A stretch of 46,029 nucleotides of DNA, filler included, from Jimgerdemannia flammicorona (Eukaryota): the NCBI GenBank assembly GCA_003990765.1. It is 2 parts of 2 records of this genome, joined end to end, with 100 filler letters (N's around TTAATTAATTAA, not from the genome) between each part and the next. Parts side by side here need not be neighbours in the genome. Positions count along the whole stretch, not along the records: positions 1 to 22,967 come from RBNJ01001176.1; 1 more part is not named here. One strand, written 5' to 3'. Positions 1 to 13,400 of the stretch are shown here, one piece after another. Position numbers and translations under genes: made by a program. The notes under the pieces were generated by a model. It did not search any database, was not told the DNA's origin, and was given only the letters and a program-made list of their open reading frames with translations. Each line of letters begins with the position of its first letter. The stretch's first letter is position 1.

Positions 1-1170
1 TTTTTTAATAGACTCATATCCTGCAGATTTTTATTGGAAGGGAACCTAGACTATATAGGCCAAAACCCTCTCCCACCACCCACCAAGCACTGCCCCTCCA
101 TTAATCTAGACTAGCTATTGTCCAGTAACTTGACCATGCCAGGCGCAGTAGGGCCTATATTGGCCTGTACCTCATTCTGCGCACTATGCTCTCCCTACTA
201 CCAAGAGAAACCCAACCATATACCAATGACCAAAAGCACATGTCTGAGAACCCAATGTATGTACAAGGCTATGCCTGAGCTGAATAGAATAGCCTCTGCC
301 ACCTCAAAGAGAATGACAGATAAAGAAAAACCCTCATCAAAGCACAACATGGTGGATAGGGCCTGGTTCTCCCAGTTAAGGTGAGTAAAGGACTTACACA
401 TAAGGCAGGAGAAAACCCCCAATACCCCACTACTCAAGTCTGCAGGCCTTGATCACATTTCTGTATCAGCTCCTGGTTCCAGTTGAGTGCAGCTAAGATG
501 TCTGAAATGGATAGCCTCGGGCCCCCTGACTCCCCCTGATAACTGGGGCCCAATCCTGCTAACTGCCAAAAGAAGCTGAGAGTGACACCTACCACCTAAC
601 TGCACTGCACCAATCAAAAGGCCTCACTGAAGCAGTATCTGCCCCAGCCCCAATGACCACCCCCAGCCTGGTACCCTACTGGTTCACCGTAATTGTCCTT
701 TCTCCTATCTATAATGGCCATCTCTTCTCCCATTCCAACATCACCCAAAAAACAGTTACCTATGTCAGAATCACACTTACTGGGAAGCTTGCCAAAGCCA
801 GAGGGCTCTATTACAGACACTGAGGACCTGCAGGTAACCTATACTGAGCACTTGATGCCCAAGGTCAGCCAACTCTCTATATAGCCCGAGATACACTGAG
901 ACAACACCTTGTTGGCAATGGCAAAAGGAAGAAGGCGCCACACCAAAACGGGTACACCCCAGATGCAGCTGAAGGCACCAGAATCCACGAAAAAGTAAAG
1001 AAAGCACCAATTTGACACTAATAAAGAGGCAACTCATCACCATTGCCCTCCTCCCACTATGCCCATGCAGGCATAGCAAACCAACCCAAGGTAGAGGGGG
1101 TAATAATAGAGGAAAGGGGACTTGGAAGGTTGCCTACCAAACCTTGTGACTGGTAAGGTAGCAGAGAAAG
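1..1170 (-). other. Unidentified CpG-poor segment ending (minus strand) in AATAAA and an A-run; possibly a retroposed non-autonomous element
   Basis: Plus strand starts with a T-run followed by ttttatt (about 29-35, AATAAA on minus). Few CpGs, no recognisable domain. At about 1171 it abuts a LINE that lacks its own 3' end. Confidence 0.3.
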
Positions 1171-3972
1171 GAGCTGACATCAACCACTTTCACCTTATCT
1201 CTCTCATTCTAACTATCAATCTGGGGTCCTCCTCAAAGACACTCTGCTAGTATTCTATAAGTCCAACCCATATAGCTATCACTCATCCAACTATCAGCTA
1301 CTTATTATTCATATTATTTACTAAATATAATTACAGGATAGCCCACTGCCCACCTCTCTCTGATATAGAGATAGCTACTCCTAACCTCTACCCAATTCTC
1401 TTTTAGAAAATCTTTAAGCTCTTATACTCTTCTAGCCAATGTTCTAGAGTTTATATCACTCTGCTCTCCTACTTGACATTATAATATTCTTTACAATCAA
1501 AGGTACTCTCTTCTACCAAATACTCCAACTGGAAGTTCAGCATCATATTCTGCCTCAGAAACCTCTACCACATCACTCAGAACTTAGGTAGAAGCTATCT
1601 CACCACTATCTTATTCTATGACTAGATACTAGTCCAGTTCTATCCTTTACTAATACTGATCTCTTATTAGATCTCAGGCCAGAGATCTCTCTCCTGTCCT
1701 CCAAGATACTCCATTCTATTCTTAAGATTAAAGTTCTCTACCTGACTACCTCTCAAATAGAAGATGATTCTATCTTCTACATCTTAGACCCCTAGTCCTC
1801 TTCTCTCTTCTTACCCCTCTATTAGAGACTAATGTAGTGGGCTCTATCAACTACACTTCACTAAAAGCCTTTGTAGTATATCTTTCAGCTCTCCTCTAAT
1901 ATCACTAAAGAGAGCAAGTCACCAGAACCCCCTCTGGGTAACACTTGCATCTCCCAAAGATGTTATATTAGGGGTACTCATTCTCCTCCCTACAGCTCAC
2001 TAGTTCACCTCAGTCACCAAGCCCTCAAGCAATGCAAATACTTGATAAAGTCTACCAGACCAAGCCCTCTGTGGTCTACTAGAACTATCAGTACCTTCTA
2101 TCCTATTTGTCTATATCTCTCAGCCTAGAGCTATAAGCAGGCTATTTTCAGAAGCCTCTTAACCACCCACTTCAAAAAGTCAAGATAATAACCTAAGTAC
2201 TATAGCTTTGGTATTTAGTATATATTCAGCACCATCACTCTTTCTGCCAGTGATATGTATCTACCACTCTAGCTCATAAGTACCTTGTTCCATTCTACCA
2301 ACTTTCATTTCCACCACTTCTTGAGTAGTAAGAAGCTATATATCAAGAAATAGATATCTAGGTACTAGACCATCTCTCTAGTAAAGACAATTGTTCCAAT
2401 GACATCCCCCCCTACCACCTCTTTACCAAATACCATTGTCTCACACTTATATCAGTTGAGCTTTACCCCAGAGTACCTCTTATACCATTCTACTACTCTC
2501 CTTAGTACTATCACATCCTCTACCAATCTCAATCCAACTACCATATTATTTGCAAAGGCCCCCACCTTCCAATTCACCCCAAGAATATCCAAACCTCTTA
2601 CTCTGCACCTGATTCTATCCAGTAATAGTTCTAAAGTGAAGGTATAAAGAATAAGAGAGAGTGGGTCCCCCTGTAGCACTTCTCTTCTAAGAAAAAAGAA
2701 GGCTCCCCTGTAGTCATTAGTCAAAATAGCTACTCTGCTCCCCTCTAGTAGACTAATAATAGAGTAACAAATGCTCTGGGGAACTTTAATATATGTATCA
2801 CAGTACTATATCAAGCCAAACTCTCCATACTCTGTCATAGGCCTTCTCCTAATCCAAGAATATCAGGTGACTATCTACTCCTGCAGCCCTTACTTTTTCA
2901 ATAACTCCATAGACTCAAACAGTATCATCCCTAATAATACAACCCCCTACAAAGCCTCTCTGCTCCTTCCCTAACATCTGTTGTACTACTCCCTACAATC
3001 TGGCCACCAGAACCTATCACTATCTTGTAGTTTATATTAAAAAGCATAATCAATCTCTAGGTTTTCCAATCCTCTCTCCTCTCCTTGTCTTTGTATAATA
3101 AGGTTACTAGTCCCAACTGCTATCTCCTAATCTATACCTCAGAACTAATAATCTCATCACACATCTGTACTATCTCCTCCAGCACCTCTCCAACTACTGC
3201 CATCTTCTTTCAAAAATCTCATAACAATTCATCCTCTTCAGGAGCAGTGCCCAGGCTTGTTAAAGCCAAGATCTGGAGGATTTCCTCTCACTGTACTAGT
3301 GCTCTAAGTTCTCTCAGACCTATAGCTGGAACTGGATGCCACTCTTCCAGATATTGCTCAATGTTCAGCATATTCTCCTCTCTCTTCTCTTCACTTTAAA
3401 GTCCACCTCAATGGCCATTCAGTTGTTCTAATATACTCTGCACTCCTACTACCATCTCTTTATTCTTATCTAATACTTCTTCCCACCTATGCCACACTCC
3501 CTTTGCTCAAAGGAGCTTTGACAGAAACTTGGTAGGTCACTCTCTTTTCTCTAGTCTCTGCCATTATAGCTTAGCCACTAATGCTCATATCTACATCTCC
3601 TTCTCTCTTCTCAGTAAGTTCTATAGCTTAGCAACCTCCAGCTTAGCCTGCTGAACCCTCTAGTCCATCACTCCTTTCTCCTCTAACAAACCCACCCATG
3701 ATATCAGTAACTGTTCTAATCACTGAGATGTCCACCAGACACTTCTCTACCTCTGGGCACCCTGTGCCTTCTCTGCCTCTCTTTAAAAACACTGAACCTC
3801 AGACTTCAATCTATACTACTAGTCTCCAATACTCAGACCTACTCCTCTCTATATTATAATCTAAGACTTAATTCTCCTCTCTCAGAAATTCCACAGAGCA
3901 GCTTTGTTTAATAGAGAGAAGTTCAGATACCAATATCTAGGCCTCTCTTCACTCTCTCTAAACCTCTCTCTC
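1171..3972 (-). mobile_element. Degenerate L1/Tx1-like LINE ORF2 fragment (RT and C-terminal region)
   Basis: ORF 2452-2724 reads REVLQGDPLSLILY...KVGAFANNMVV...SGVKLN (RT QG-PLSP and YADD-like motifs). Colinear with the copy at about 10635-13440. Many stop codons. Confidence 0.9.
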
Positions 3973-4000
3973 TTTTTTTTTTTTTTATAGTCATTTAGAC

Positions 4001-5514
4001 TGTAAGCACACAACCTTCAAGCTACCAAAATCACATATCATCCTCAGAACCAATTTGGAAACCACATGCGAGACTATAAAACAAGTTACTGAAGAGATCA
4101 TCTGGTTATACAAAATATGCCAGCAAACATGAAAACCTATCACTAAGATATAAGAATATCAGAAGAAGTATTATAATCATAAGACTGACTCTAAACCTCT
4201 ATAACTAGTTTAGTGTACTGTACTATTACAAAAAGGAAACTGAAAGTATCAAACTCAAACTGAGACAAAAAGGACCCTATCTCATCTACCAAAGTTCATG
4301 AACTGCACTTATCAAACTCAAGACCAAGATATACCATGACTATATAAGACCTCATTACTTATCAGAAGCAAAATGCATTTGAACAACTCTGTTCACTCTA
4401 TCTGTATTACCTCTATTAGAGAATGATAGATGCTTTATCTGAACTCAAGAAAGCTGATATTATCGAAACCAATCTCAAGCCATCCACATGATAGATATTA
4501 CTACTAGAAATTGCCTCAGATTATAGAAAATATCATTTCTGAGAGGTTTAAACCCCCAGCTGCAACATTAGGAGCCCTCACCCTAGACAAGGATGACCAG
4601 TCCTCACAAATATACCAGCAGGCCAAAAAAAAAGAGAACCAAGACCTGTTATCCTTATACAACCACTACCATCAAGAATAGTCTTAATTTTGCAAGAGAT
4701 AGAAGTAATGACATCTTGAAACTAATGATGTCAGAAGTCAGAAAACTGCTCAGACTTTATCAGTAATGATGTCATCAATAGTGATGTCATCAAAGACTAA
4801 CCAGATAGCACCTAAACTTATAAATAGTTTAGCAGTCATAGTATAGTTAGATTAGCCTTATATAATATGACTGTGAACTGACTCAGCAGTCAGATGATCT
4901 CTTGATATGTCAGATCACTCTTGTACTATGTGACTGCATTCTGACTCAATAAGGCACTAAGTGCTACATCCATATTTAGCATAGTCCAGATAGCCCCTCA
5001 CTAGTATAAATATCCCCTCCCTCAGACTTCAGAATCTCAGACTTAAACAGACTTGAAACAGACCTGAACAATCCAAACACAACTTCTGAACACTTCCCCA
5101 CAATATTTCTTTATACAACTACTCCTAGTATAGCAATATTATGAATAGCAAATAAATCTATTTAATAACCCACAAACTACTCTTAAGTAAATCTGCTCCC
5201 TATTAGGTCCCACTCCTAACCCCATTATAAAATTTCCTAATTGGGTATTGTCTGCAGTGATACATCAATTCAACTAAGCTGGTCTTAGTTTTTTGAACTT
5301 CCTGAAATACAAAAAATTCTGAACATCCAGAACTAGTCCAAAAAAGGACTTTGGTTGAGATATTAACCTGAACTTGAAATCAATAAGTGTAGAGGATATA
5401 CTCTATATGAAGTTGATCTTGACCATAAGAAAATAGTCTTCCAGAATATCCAGAACTTCCAGAAAACCCTTCCAGAACTATGTAATAGTTATCCTAAAAA
5501 GCAACCCTCTTACA
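4001..5514 (+). repeat. 5' LTR (1514 bp)
   Basis: Direct repeat of 8909-10421; TG...CA ends; TATA-like gtataaata near 5004, AATAAA at 5151. Confidence 0.95.
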
Positions 5515-5517
5515 ACT

Positions 5518-5529
5518 TGGTAACAGTGG
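5518..5529 (+). promoter_or_regulatory. Primer-binding site, probably for initiator tRNA-Met
   Basis: tggtaacagtgg 3 nt after the LTR. With 29333 (tagtagcagcag) and 40534 (tggtagtggcag) it reconstructs to TGGTAGCGGCGG. TGGTA implies A73/U72, typical of eukaryotic initiator tRNA. Confidence 0.7.
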
Positions 5530-5553
5530 TTTACAATCCAATTCTACTTCAAG

Positions 5554-7540
5554 ATGCTTCCTCACCCCACTACAAAACCCCTCTGAGAATTTCTACAAGT
5601 TGGTATAAAGCCCAACCTCTGAACTAGAATTTATTCTAAACCATCTGACAATCTGGAGAGAATTGAACCTGATGTATAAGGACAATTTGACCTCCACACC
5701 TACAATAAGTGGGACAAACTTCATTTGAAGAAAGAAATACTCCAGTTAAATTAGCAAATAAGCAAAACCCTATTTACTGAACTCCTTGCTCTACACCCAG
5801 CAAGTTAAGATAAAGAAGGTCTTATTGAAGCCTTCTTTACTCTTCTCAACAAGAGTTTTGTTAGCTCTACAAATCTGAGCAACCTAGGACAACCAGCAGC
5901 AGTCTTTCTAGCCTTAGTCCCTCACAAAGCCCAAGTCTCTATAGCCAAGTAGCTCAACTCTACTAACTTTCACTGTACCAGAACCAAGACCACATTATAC
6001 TACTGATTCCAGAACAGTAAGGCCTGCCATATTCTTAAAGAAGAAGCAAGAGAAACCCTTTATCAACTACCAGACCCTGAACCAGAAGCAGGCTCTGCTA
6101 CTACTCTATCTGAATCTGAAATTAATACCGAACCAGAACTTGACTTTGAATTAAGTCTATCCAAAATCAGATATACAACTGATTCTGTTTACTTTGATGC
6201 CAAGCAAACTCAACTACATGGGGACAAAACCAAAGAGGAGGAGGAGTATCTCAGTGAATTCGATCTCAGATACACCACCAAAGAAGATGTATCTCCATCA
6301 GGACAGAACACACCTACATAGCAACAAACAGCTATCTATCAAGCCCTTACTCCAGACCCACAACTACTACTCTAGCAACTTACACAGACCCAAAGAACTC
6401 CATTACACTCTGCACCAGTACCTCAAGTAGTACCAGTAACACCACTACCAATAGTCTAACTACCTCTAGTGAACAACATGGCAAACTAACAGATTCTAGA
6501 CCTTATAGCTCAGGTAGCATTAATGGCAGCAACCATTACTGCCTTAGCTGAACAAACCTGACCTATCAAAAATCTGAGCCTACTTAACTTCAATGGTACT
6601 GCACAAGAAGTCCAAAGCTTCATAAGTGTAGTTGATACCAACTTCAAAGCCAATCAATAGACCAATGAGCGAGTTGCTGACTGTCTTCTGATAAATAATC
6701 AAGACCACACTCTGGAACAACTCTTTGCTACCACCACAGCCTATATCTGCCAAGTTGTTACATTCTTCTGAGGACCTGCTGAAGAATGATGGCAAACTCT
6801 TCCTGAAAAACCCCTCACATAGGACACCTGATCTGCAGTAGTCACTCAGAATGCAGCAAACAATGCCCCAGGATATGGAGCCCATCCTGTAGTCCCTAGA
6901 CTCAAATAACTCATGATTGCTCAATACCACAGTAAAACTATGATCACTGAATCTTGAGTAAAACTCTGCAACCTCAAATTTGATGTATATGGCAAAGAAG
7001 AATTTGAAACCTTCTATACAAAACTTAAGTCACTCCTGAACACTGTTGGTCTAGGATATATTGCCAATAATGAAGCATGAAATAGTATAAGAGCAGACTA
7101 TTTATTTGATGTCTTGCCTGAATGGCTTACTAGAAAAATCCAAGAACAAGGCCACCTAGTTGGTTATAATCATCAACAATAGTACCTAGCAAGAATCAAA
7201 ACTATGGTCAAGCAAATCCTAACAGCTGAACCAATTCTGCCCTGAAGACAATTTAACAACAAGGAAAAGACTTAGACCAAGAAAGAAGAACCCAAACATG
7301 AAGCATTCCAAGCTCCCTCCACATCTATCTCATAGACACTCAGAAATTATGAACCCATCCAGCCGAGTACCTTCAAGAAACTCACTGAAGGAAAAAGAAA
7401 TGAACTTCGAAGAAGTGGAGCATACTTCTATTGCTGAAAGACAGAATACATGGCCAGTGCCTGCCCCAATCAAAAACCCTGAACAGCAACATAAGCAACT
7501 GTTACTACTCTGCATCACCTCAATAACCTAACTATCAGAA
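5554..7540 (+). pseudogene. Degenerate gag-like region with zinc knuckle
   Basis: ATG at 5554. Near 7417-7467 it reads GAYFYC*KTEYMASACP, a degenerate CX2CX4HX4C. Confidence 0.7.
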
Positions 7541-7950
7541 CACTGGACTTTGTCAAGTTAAGACAAACTGCTAAGGCCCCAACTAAAGGAAGTCAAAAAG
7601 CAGTGAGATATGACCTGTATGTAGCTGAAGAAGCTATAGTTTCCAACCAAGAAGTCAAGCAAGTCTATACAGGAATCAGTATCCAAATCCCTGAAGGACA
7701 TATTGGAAGAATATACTGTTACAGCAGTCTAGCATTAAAAGAACTCTCAGTAGAAGAAGAAGTCATTGATGAGAATTATATAGGCAAAATTATTGTCCTC
7801 ATCTGAAACCATAGTTGGACACCCTTCAAGATCCCCATTGATTTCTGTATTGTACAGATCCTATTCAAAAAAATTGAGTTAACTCTGACAGTCAAAGAAG
7901 TCCCTGAACTACTGCCCACTATCTGAGAATCCAAAGAATTTGGCTCATCA
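7540..7950 (+). pseudogene. Retrotransposon-borne trimeric dUTPase domain (degenerate)
   Basis: FVKLRQTAKAPTKGSQKAVRYDLY...TGISIQIPEGHIGRI..SSLA...VIDENYIGKI...VQILF...ESKEFGSS matches dUTPase motifs 1-5; in frame with the knuckle and the protease. Confidence 0.85.
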
Positions 7951-8160
7951 AACAAGGCCCCAGTCCAACCTACTGTGAACAAAGAAGAACAATTCTACAA
8001 GAAAATCAAAGATGGATATGTACTAAGTAGCTGATACCCCCATAATATTGGAATGTACTCTTCCCAAATGATTGATGATTGCTTCTTTTGTGTCAATGAA
8101 CTGGCTCAAAGAAGAACCAACAGAAGGAAAGCTCCTACAACTGAAATCACCACTATTGAA

Positions 8161-8480
8161 TCAGACAAACTACTTACACTTCAAGCTTTTGTCAATTGAG
8201 CACCTGTCAAGATTATGATAAACAGTAGTACCTCAGGCAACTTCATCAATGAAGAAACAGCCAACAGACTCAAGGTCTTCACCTCCTCAGTACAACAAAC
8301 TCAAGCAGTTGCCACAGCTGATGAAATCTCACATATCATTAGCAAGGAAGTCCACAACCTATCCTTCAGAATTGGTGACTACTGAGTATATGTTATTTTT
8401 TAGATTGTACCACTTTCTGACAATAAGATCATTCTTGGAACCCCATGGTTAAAACAAGAGAACTCTATAATTGATTGGAT
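8161..8480 (+). pseudogene. Retropepsin (aspartic protease) domain, degenerate
   Basis: VKIMINSSTSGNFINEE (ancestral DSG motif) and IILGTPWL. Confidence 0.8.
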
Positions 8481-8908
8481 AAACCATTCTCTGACTATCA
8501 AGAAAGGATGCCACAACTTCAAACTGCAAGGTAAAAAGGACCCACTCAGCTCTAGTGACTCTGGACCAAAGATCACTCATATCAATAAGTTATAACTCAA
8601 GAAATTGGCCAAGAAATGCCCTCTCTTTGCTATCTCCATCTACCCATCCAAAGGAGAACCTGAGAACTCTGAAAAAGACTTTTCCAAAGTTGACAGCCAT
8701 ATCAGACCACTACTCCAGAAAGTCTGAGATATATTTCTGAACTGAACCACAGAACCACCTGCACCTATCATTATCAATGATCAAGAAGAGTATGAAGTTG
8801 AACAAATCCTTAACAAACATAGCTACAAGAACCATCTAAATGGTATAACAACACTAGAACAAATTAGAAGGCCTCGATGAGGATGTTGAAAGCTAAGAAG
8901 AGGAGAGT

Positions 8909-10421
8909 TGTAAGCATACAACCTCCAAGCCACCAAAATTGCATGTCATTCTCAGAACCAATTTGAAAACCACATGTGAGACTACAAAACAAGTTACTGA
9001 AGAGATCATCTGGTTATACAAAATATGCCAGCAAATACAAGAACCTACTGCCAAGATATAAGAATACCAGAAGAAGTACTACAACCATAAGACTGACTCT
9101 GAATCTCTATAACTAGTTTGGTGTACTGTACTATTACAAAAAGGAAACTGAAAGTACCAAACTCAAACTGAGACAAGAAGGACCTTATCTCATCCACCAA
9201 AGTTCATGAACTGCACTTATCAAACTCAAGACTAAGATACACTGCAACTATACAAGACCTCATTACTTAGCAGAAGCAAAATATATTTGAACAACTCCAT
9301 TTACTCTATCTATATCACCTCTATTAGAGAATAATGAATACTTCATCTGAACTCAAGAAAGTCAACATCATCGAAACTAATCTCAAGCCATCTATATGAC
9401 AGATATTACTATTAGAAATTGCCTTGAATTATAGAAAATATCATTTCTGAGAGGTTTGAACTCTCAGTTGCAACATTGGGAGCCCTTACCCTAGACAAGA
9501 ATGGCCAGTCCTCGCAAATATACCAGCAGGCCAAAAAAAAAGAGAACCAAGACTTATTATTCTTGTATAACTACCACCACCAAGGACAGTCTTAATCTTG
9601 CAAGAGATAGAAGTAACGATATCTTGAAACTAATGATATCAGAAGTCAGAAAACTGCTCAGACTTTACTAGCAATGATGTCATTAATAGTGATGTCATCA
9701 AAGACTAACCAGACAGCATCTAAATCTATAAATAGTTTAGAGCCATAGTATAGTTAGATTAGCCTTATATGATATGACTATGAACTGACTCAGCAGTCAG
9801 ATGATCTTTTGACATATCAGATCACTCTTATACTATATAACTATATTCTGACTCAGCAAGGTACTAAGTGCTATATCCATATTTAGCATAGTCTAGATAG
9901 CCCCTCACTAGTATAAATACCCCCTCTCCCAGACCTCAGAATCTTAGACTTAAACAGACTTAAAATAAATCTGAACAATTTGAACATAACTTCTGAACAC
10001 TTTCCCACAATATTCCTTTACACAACTACTCCTAGTATAGCAATATTATGAATAGTGAATAAATCTATTTAATAACCCACAAACCACTTTTAAGTAAATC
10101 TGCTTCCTGTTAGGTCCCACTCTTAACTCTATCATAAAATTTCCTAATTGGGTATTGTCTGCAGTGATACACCAATTCAACTAAACTGGCCTTAGTTTCT
10201 TGAACTTCCTGAAATACAGAAAATTCTGAACATCCAGAACTAATCCAAAAAAGGACTTTGGTTGAGACATTAATCCAAACTTAAAATTAATAAGTATAGA
10301 GGACATACTCTATATGAAGTTGATCTTGACTATAAGAAAATAGTCTTTCAGAATATCCAGAACTTCCAAAAAACCCTTTCAGAACTATGTAATTGTTACC
10401 CTAAAAAGCAATCCTCTTACA
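8909..10421 (+). repeat. 3' LTR (1513 bp), preceded by PPT aagaagaggagag (8895-8907)
   Basis: Direct repeat of 4001-5514 differing almost only by transitions. Confidence 0.95.
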
Positions 10422-13400
10422 TAAACTATATTTTTATTATCATCTATATCTATAATATAATATTATACAGTATCTCTCTATTCTATCCCACAAGAGACTC
10501 TTTTATTCCCATTTGTTGCCCAAGACACTCTTCTATCAGATACCTCAATCCTCCCTCTACTTCTCTCTGCAATCCTTCTCACTAGTCTCTTCTATCTCTC
10601 TTCTTTGGGCCCCCAACCAATCCACCATCCATTCAGGAGCTCCAACATCAACCACTTCTATCTCACCTCCCTCATCCTTACTGCCAACTTGGGGCCCTCC
10701 TTAAAGATACTCTACTAATGTTCTGTAAGTCCAACCCACATAGCTACTATTCATCCAACTATTAGCTACTCATTACTCACACTTCCTATCAGTCATTTCT
10801 GCAGAGCTGCCCACTGCCCACCTTTCTCTGGTATAGAGGCTACTACTCCCAACTACTGTCCAATCCTCATTCAGAAAATCTCTAAGCTCTCACACTCTTC
10901 CAATCAGTATTCTGGGGTCTATACTACCCCACTCTTCTGCCCAATATCAAAGTATTCCTTATAATCAAAAGTACCCCCTTCTACCAAGTACCCTGACTAA
11001 AAGTTCAGTATAATATTCTACCTCAGAAACCTCCACCACACCACCCAGAACTTGAATGGGAGCTATCTCACTACTGCTTTATTCTATAACCAGATGCTGG
11101 CCCAGTCCCAACCTTCACTAATACTGACCCCCTGCCAGATCTCTGACCAGAGATCTCTCCTCTGTCCTCCCAGGTACTCCATTCTATCCTTAAGACTAAA
11201 GTCCTCTACCTAACTACTCCCTAACAAAAGATAGTTCCTCCTCCACATCCAAGGCCCCCAGTCTACTTCCTTCTTCTTATCCCTCTATTAGATATTAATA
11301 TGGTGGACTCTATCAATCACTCCTTATCAAAAACCTTTATAGTATATCTTTTGGCTCCCCTCCAGTACCACCAAAGAGAGTAAGTTGCCAGAACCTCTCC
11401 TGGGTGACACCTATGCCTCCCAAATATATTACATTAGGGACACCTACTTTTCCCCCTTTAGCTCATCAGCTCATTTCAACTACTAAGCCCTTAGACAGTA
11501 TAGATGTTTAGAAAAGTCTACCAGGCCAAGCTCTCTATAGCCCACAGGAATTATCAGCACCTCCCATCTAATTTGACTATACCTCTCAGCCCAGAGCCAT
11601 GAGCAGGTTATCTTCAAAAGCCTCTTAACCACCTATTTTAGAAAGTCAAGGTGGTACCCTAGGTATCAGAGCTTTGGCATCTAGTATATATTCAGTACTA
11701 TCATCCTATCCACCAGTGAGATATGTCAACCCTCTCAGCCCTCTAGCACTCTGCCCCATTCTACCAGTTTATGCTCCCACTACTTCTTGAGTAATAAAGA
11801 GTCATATACCAAGAAGTAGATACCTAGATACTAGACTACCTCTCCTATAGGGACAATTGTTTCAACAATATCCCCTCCTACCACTTCTCCACCAAGTGCC
11901 ATTGTCTCACACTTATATCAGTTAAGTCATACTCCAGCATACCTCTTATATCATTCTACTACCTCTTTCAATTTAGCTACATTCTCTACTAATCTCAATC
12001 CAACTACTATGTCATCTATAAAGACCCCTATCTTCCAATTCACTCTTAGAATATTCAAACCTCTAACTCTATATCTAATTCTATTCAACAGTGGTTCCAG
12101 AGCAAAGGCATATAGAATAGGAGAGAGTGGGTCTCTCTGTAGCACCCCTCTTCCTAGGAAAAAGGAAGTTCCCCTGTGGCCATTTGCCAAAATTACTACC
12201 TGGCTCCCCTCTAGCAAACTGATAATAGAGTATTGAATGTCCTGAGGGACACCAATATATCATAGCACTATACCAAGCCAAACTCTCTGAACCTAGTCAT
12301 AGGTCTTCTTCTGATCCAAGAATATCAGGTAGCTATCCACTCCAGCAGTCCTTACTTCTTCAATAATACCATAGACCCAGACAGTACTATTTCTAATTAG
12401 GCAACTCCCAATAAAGCCCCTCTGCTCCTTCTCTAGTATGTACCTATTGAGCCACTCTCCACAACCTAGTCATCAGAACTTTCATCACCATCTTATGGTC
12501 TATGTCAAGAAGTATAATTAGCCTTCAGTTTTTCCAATCTTCCCTCCTCTTCTTGTCTTTATACAACAAAGTCATCAGCCCTAACTGCTGTCCTCCAATC
12601 TATGCCTCAGAGCCAATAATCTCATTACACATCTATATTATCTCCTCCAGTACCTTCTTAACTAATGTTATCTTCTTCCAAAAATCCTATGACAGTCCAT
12701 TCTCACCTGGAGCAGTACTCAGACTCATTGAAGCCAGGACCTAGATGATTTCTTCTGCTGTACTAGTGCTCTAAGTTCCCCCAGACCCATGGCCAGAGCA
12801 GAGTACTACTTTTCCAGATATTGCTCAATGTCTAGCACATTCTCCCCTTCCTCCTTCTTACTCTAAAGTCTACTCCACCAGCTACTCAGCTGCTCCAGTA
12901 TACCCTGTACCCCCATTACTATCTTGCCTTTCTCATCCAATACTCTATCCTACCTATGCAATGTTCTCCTTACCTTAAGAAGCCTTAACAGAAATTTGGT
13001 AGATTATTCATCTTCCTCTAGTCTCTGTTATCTCAGCCTAGTTACCAATGCTTACAACTTCACATTCTTCTCTCTTCTCAGTAAGTTCTGTAGCTCAGCC
13101 ACCTCTAGCTTTATCTACTGAGCCCTTCAGTCCATTTCCCCTTTCCCCTCTAACAGCTCTGCCCATCCTATCAGTAGCCTTTCCAACTGCTGAGATGCCT
13201 ACTGGATACTCCTTTATCTCTAAGTACCCTATATCTTCCCTGCCTCCCCCCAAAAACACTGAGCCTCAGACTTCAGTCTATACTATCTGTCTCCAATGAG
13301 CAGGTTGGTCTCTTTCTATGCTACAATCTGAGACTTAATTCTCCTTTTCTATGAATCCCACAGAGCTGTCTTATTCAATATAAAGGAGTTCAGACATCAA

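Larger units (their letters stand above)
4001..10421 (+). mobile_element. Ty3/Gypsy LTR retrotransposon, internally deleted (gag-dUTPase-protease-partial chromodomain; no RT/RNaseH/integrase core)
   Basis: Two ~1.5-kb LTRs with TGTAAG...CTTACA ends. Flanks tagac (3996-4000) and taaac (10422-10426) form a degenerate 5-bp TSD of the LINE sequence TGGAC. PBS at 5518, PPT at 8895-8907. Confidence 0.92.
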
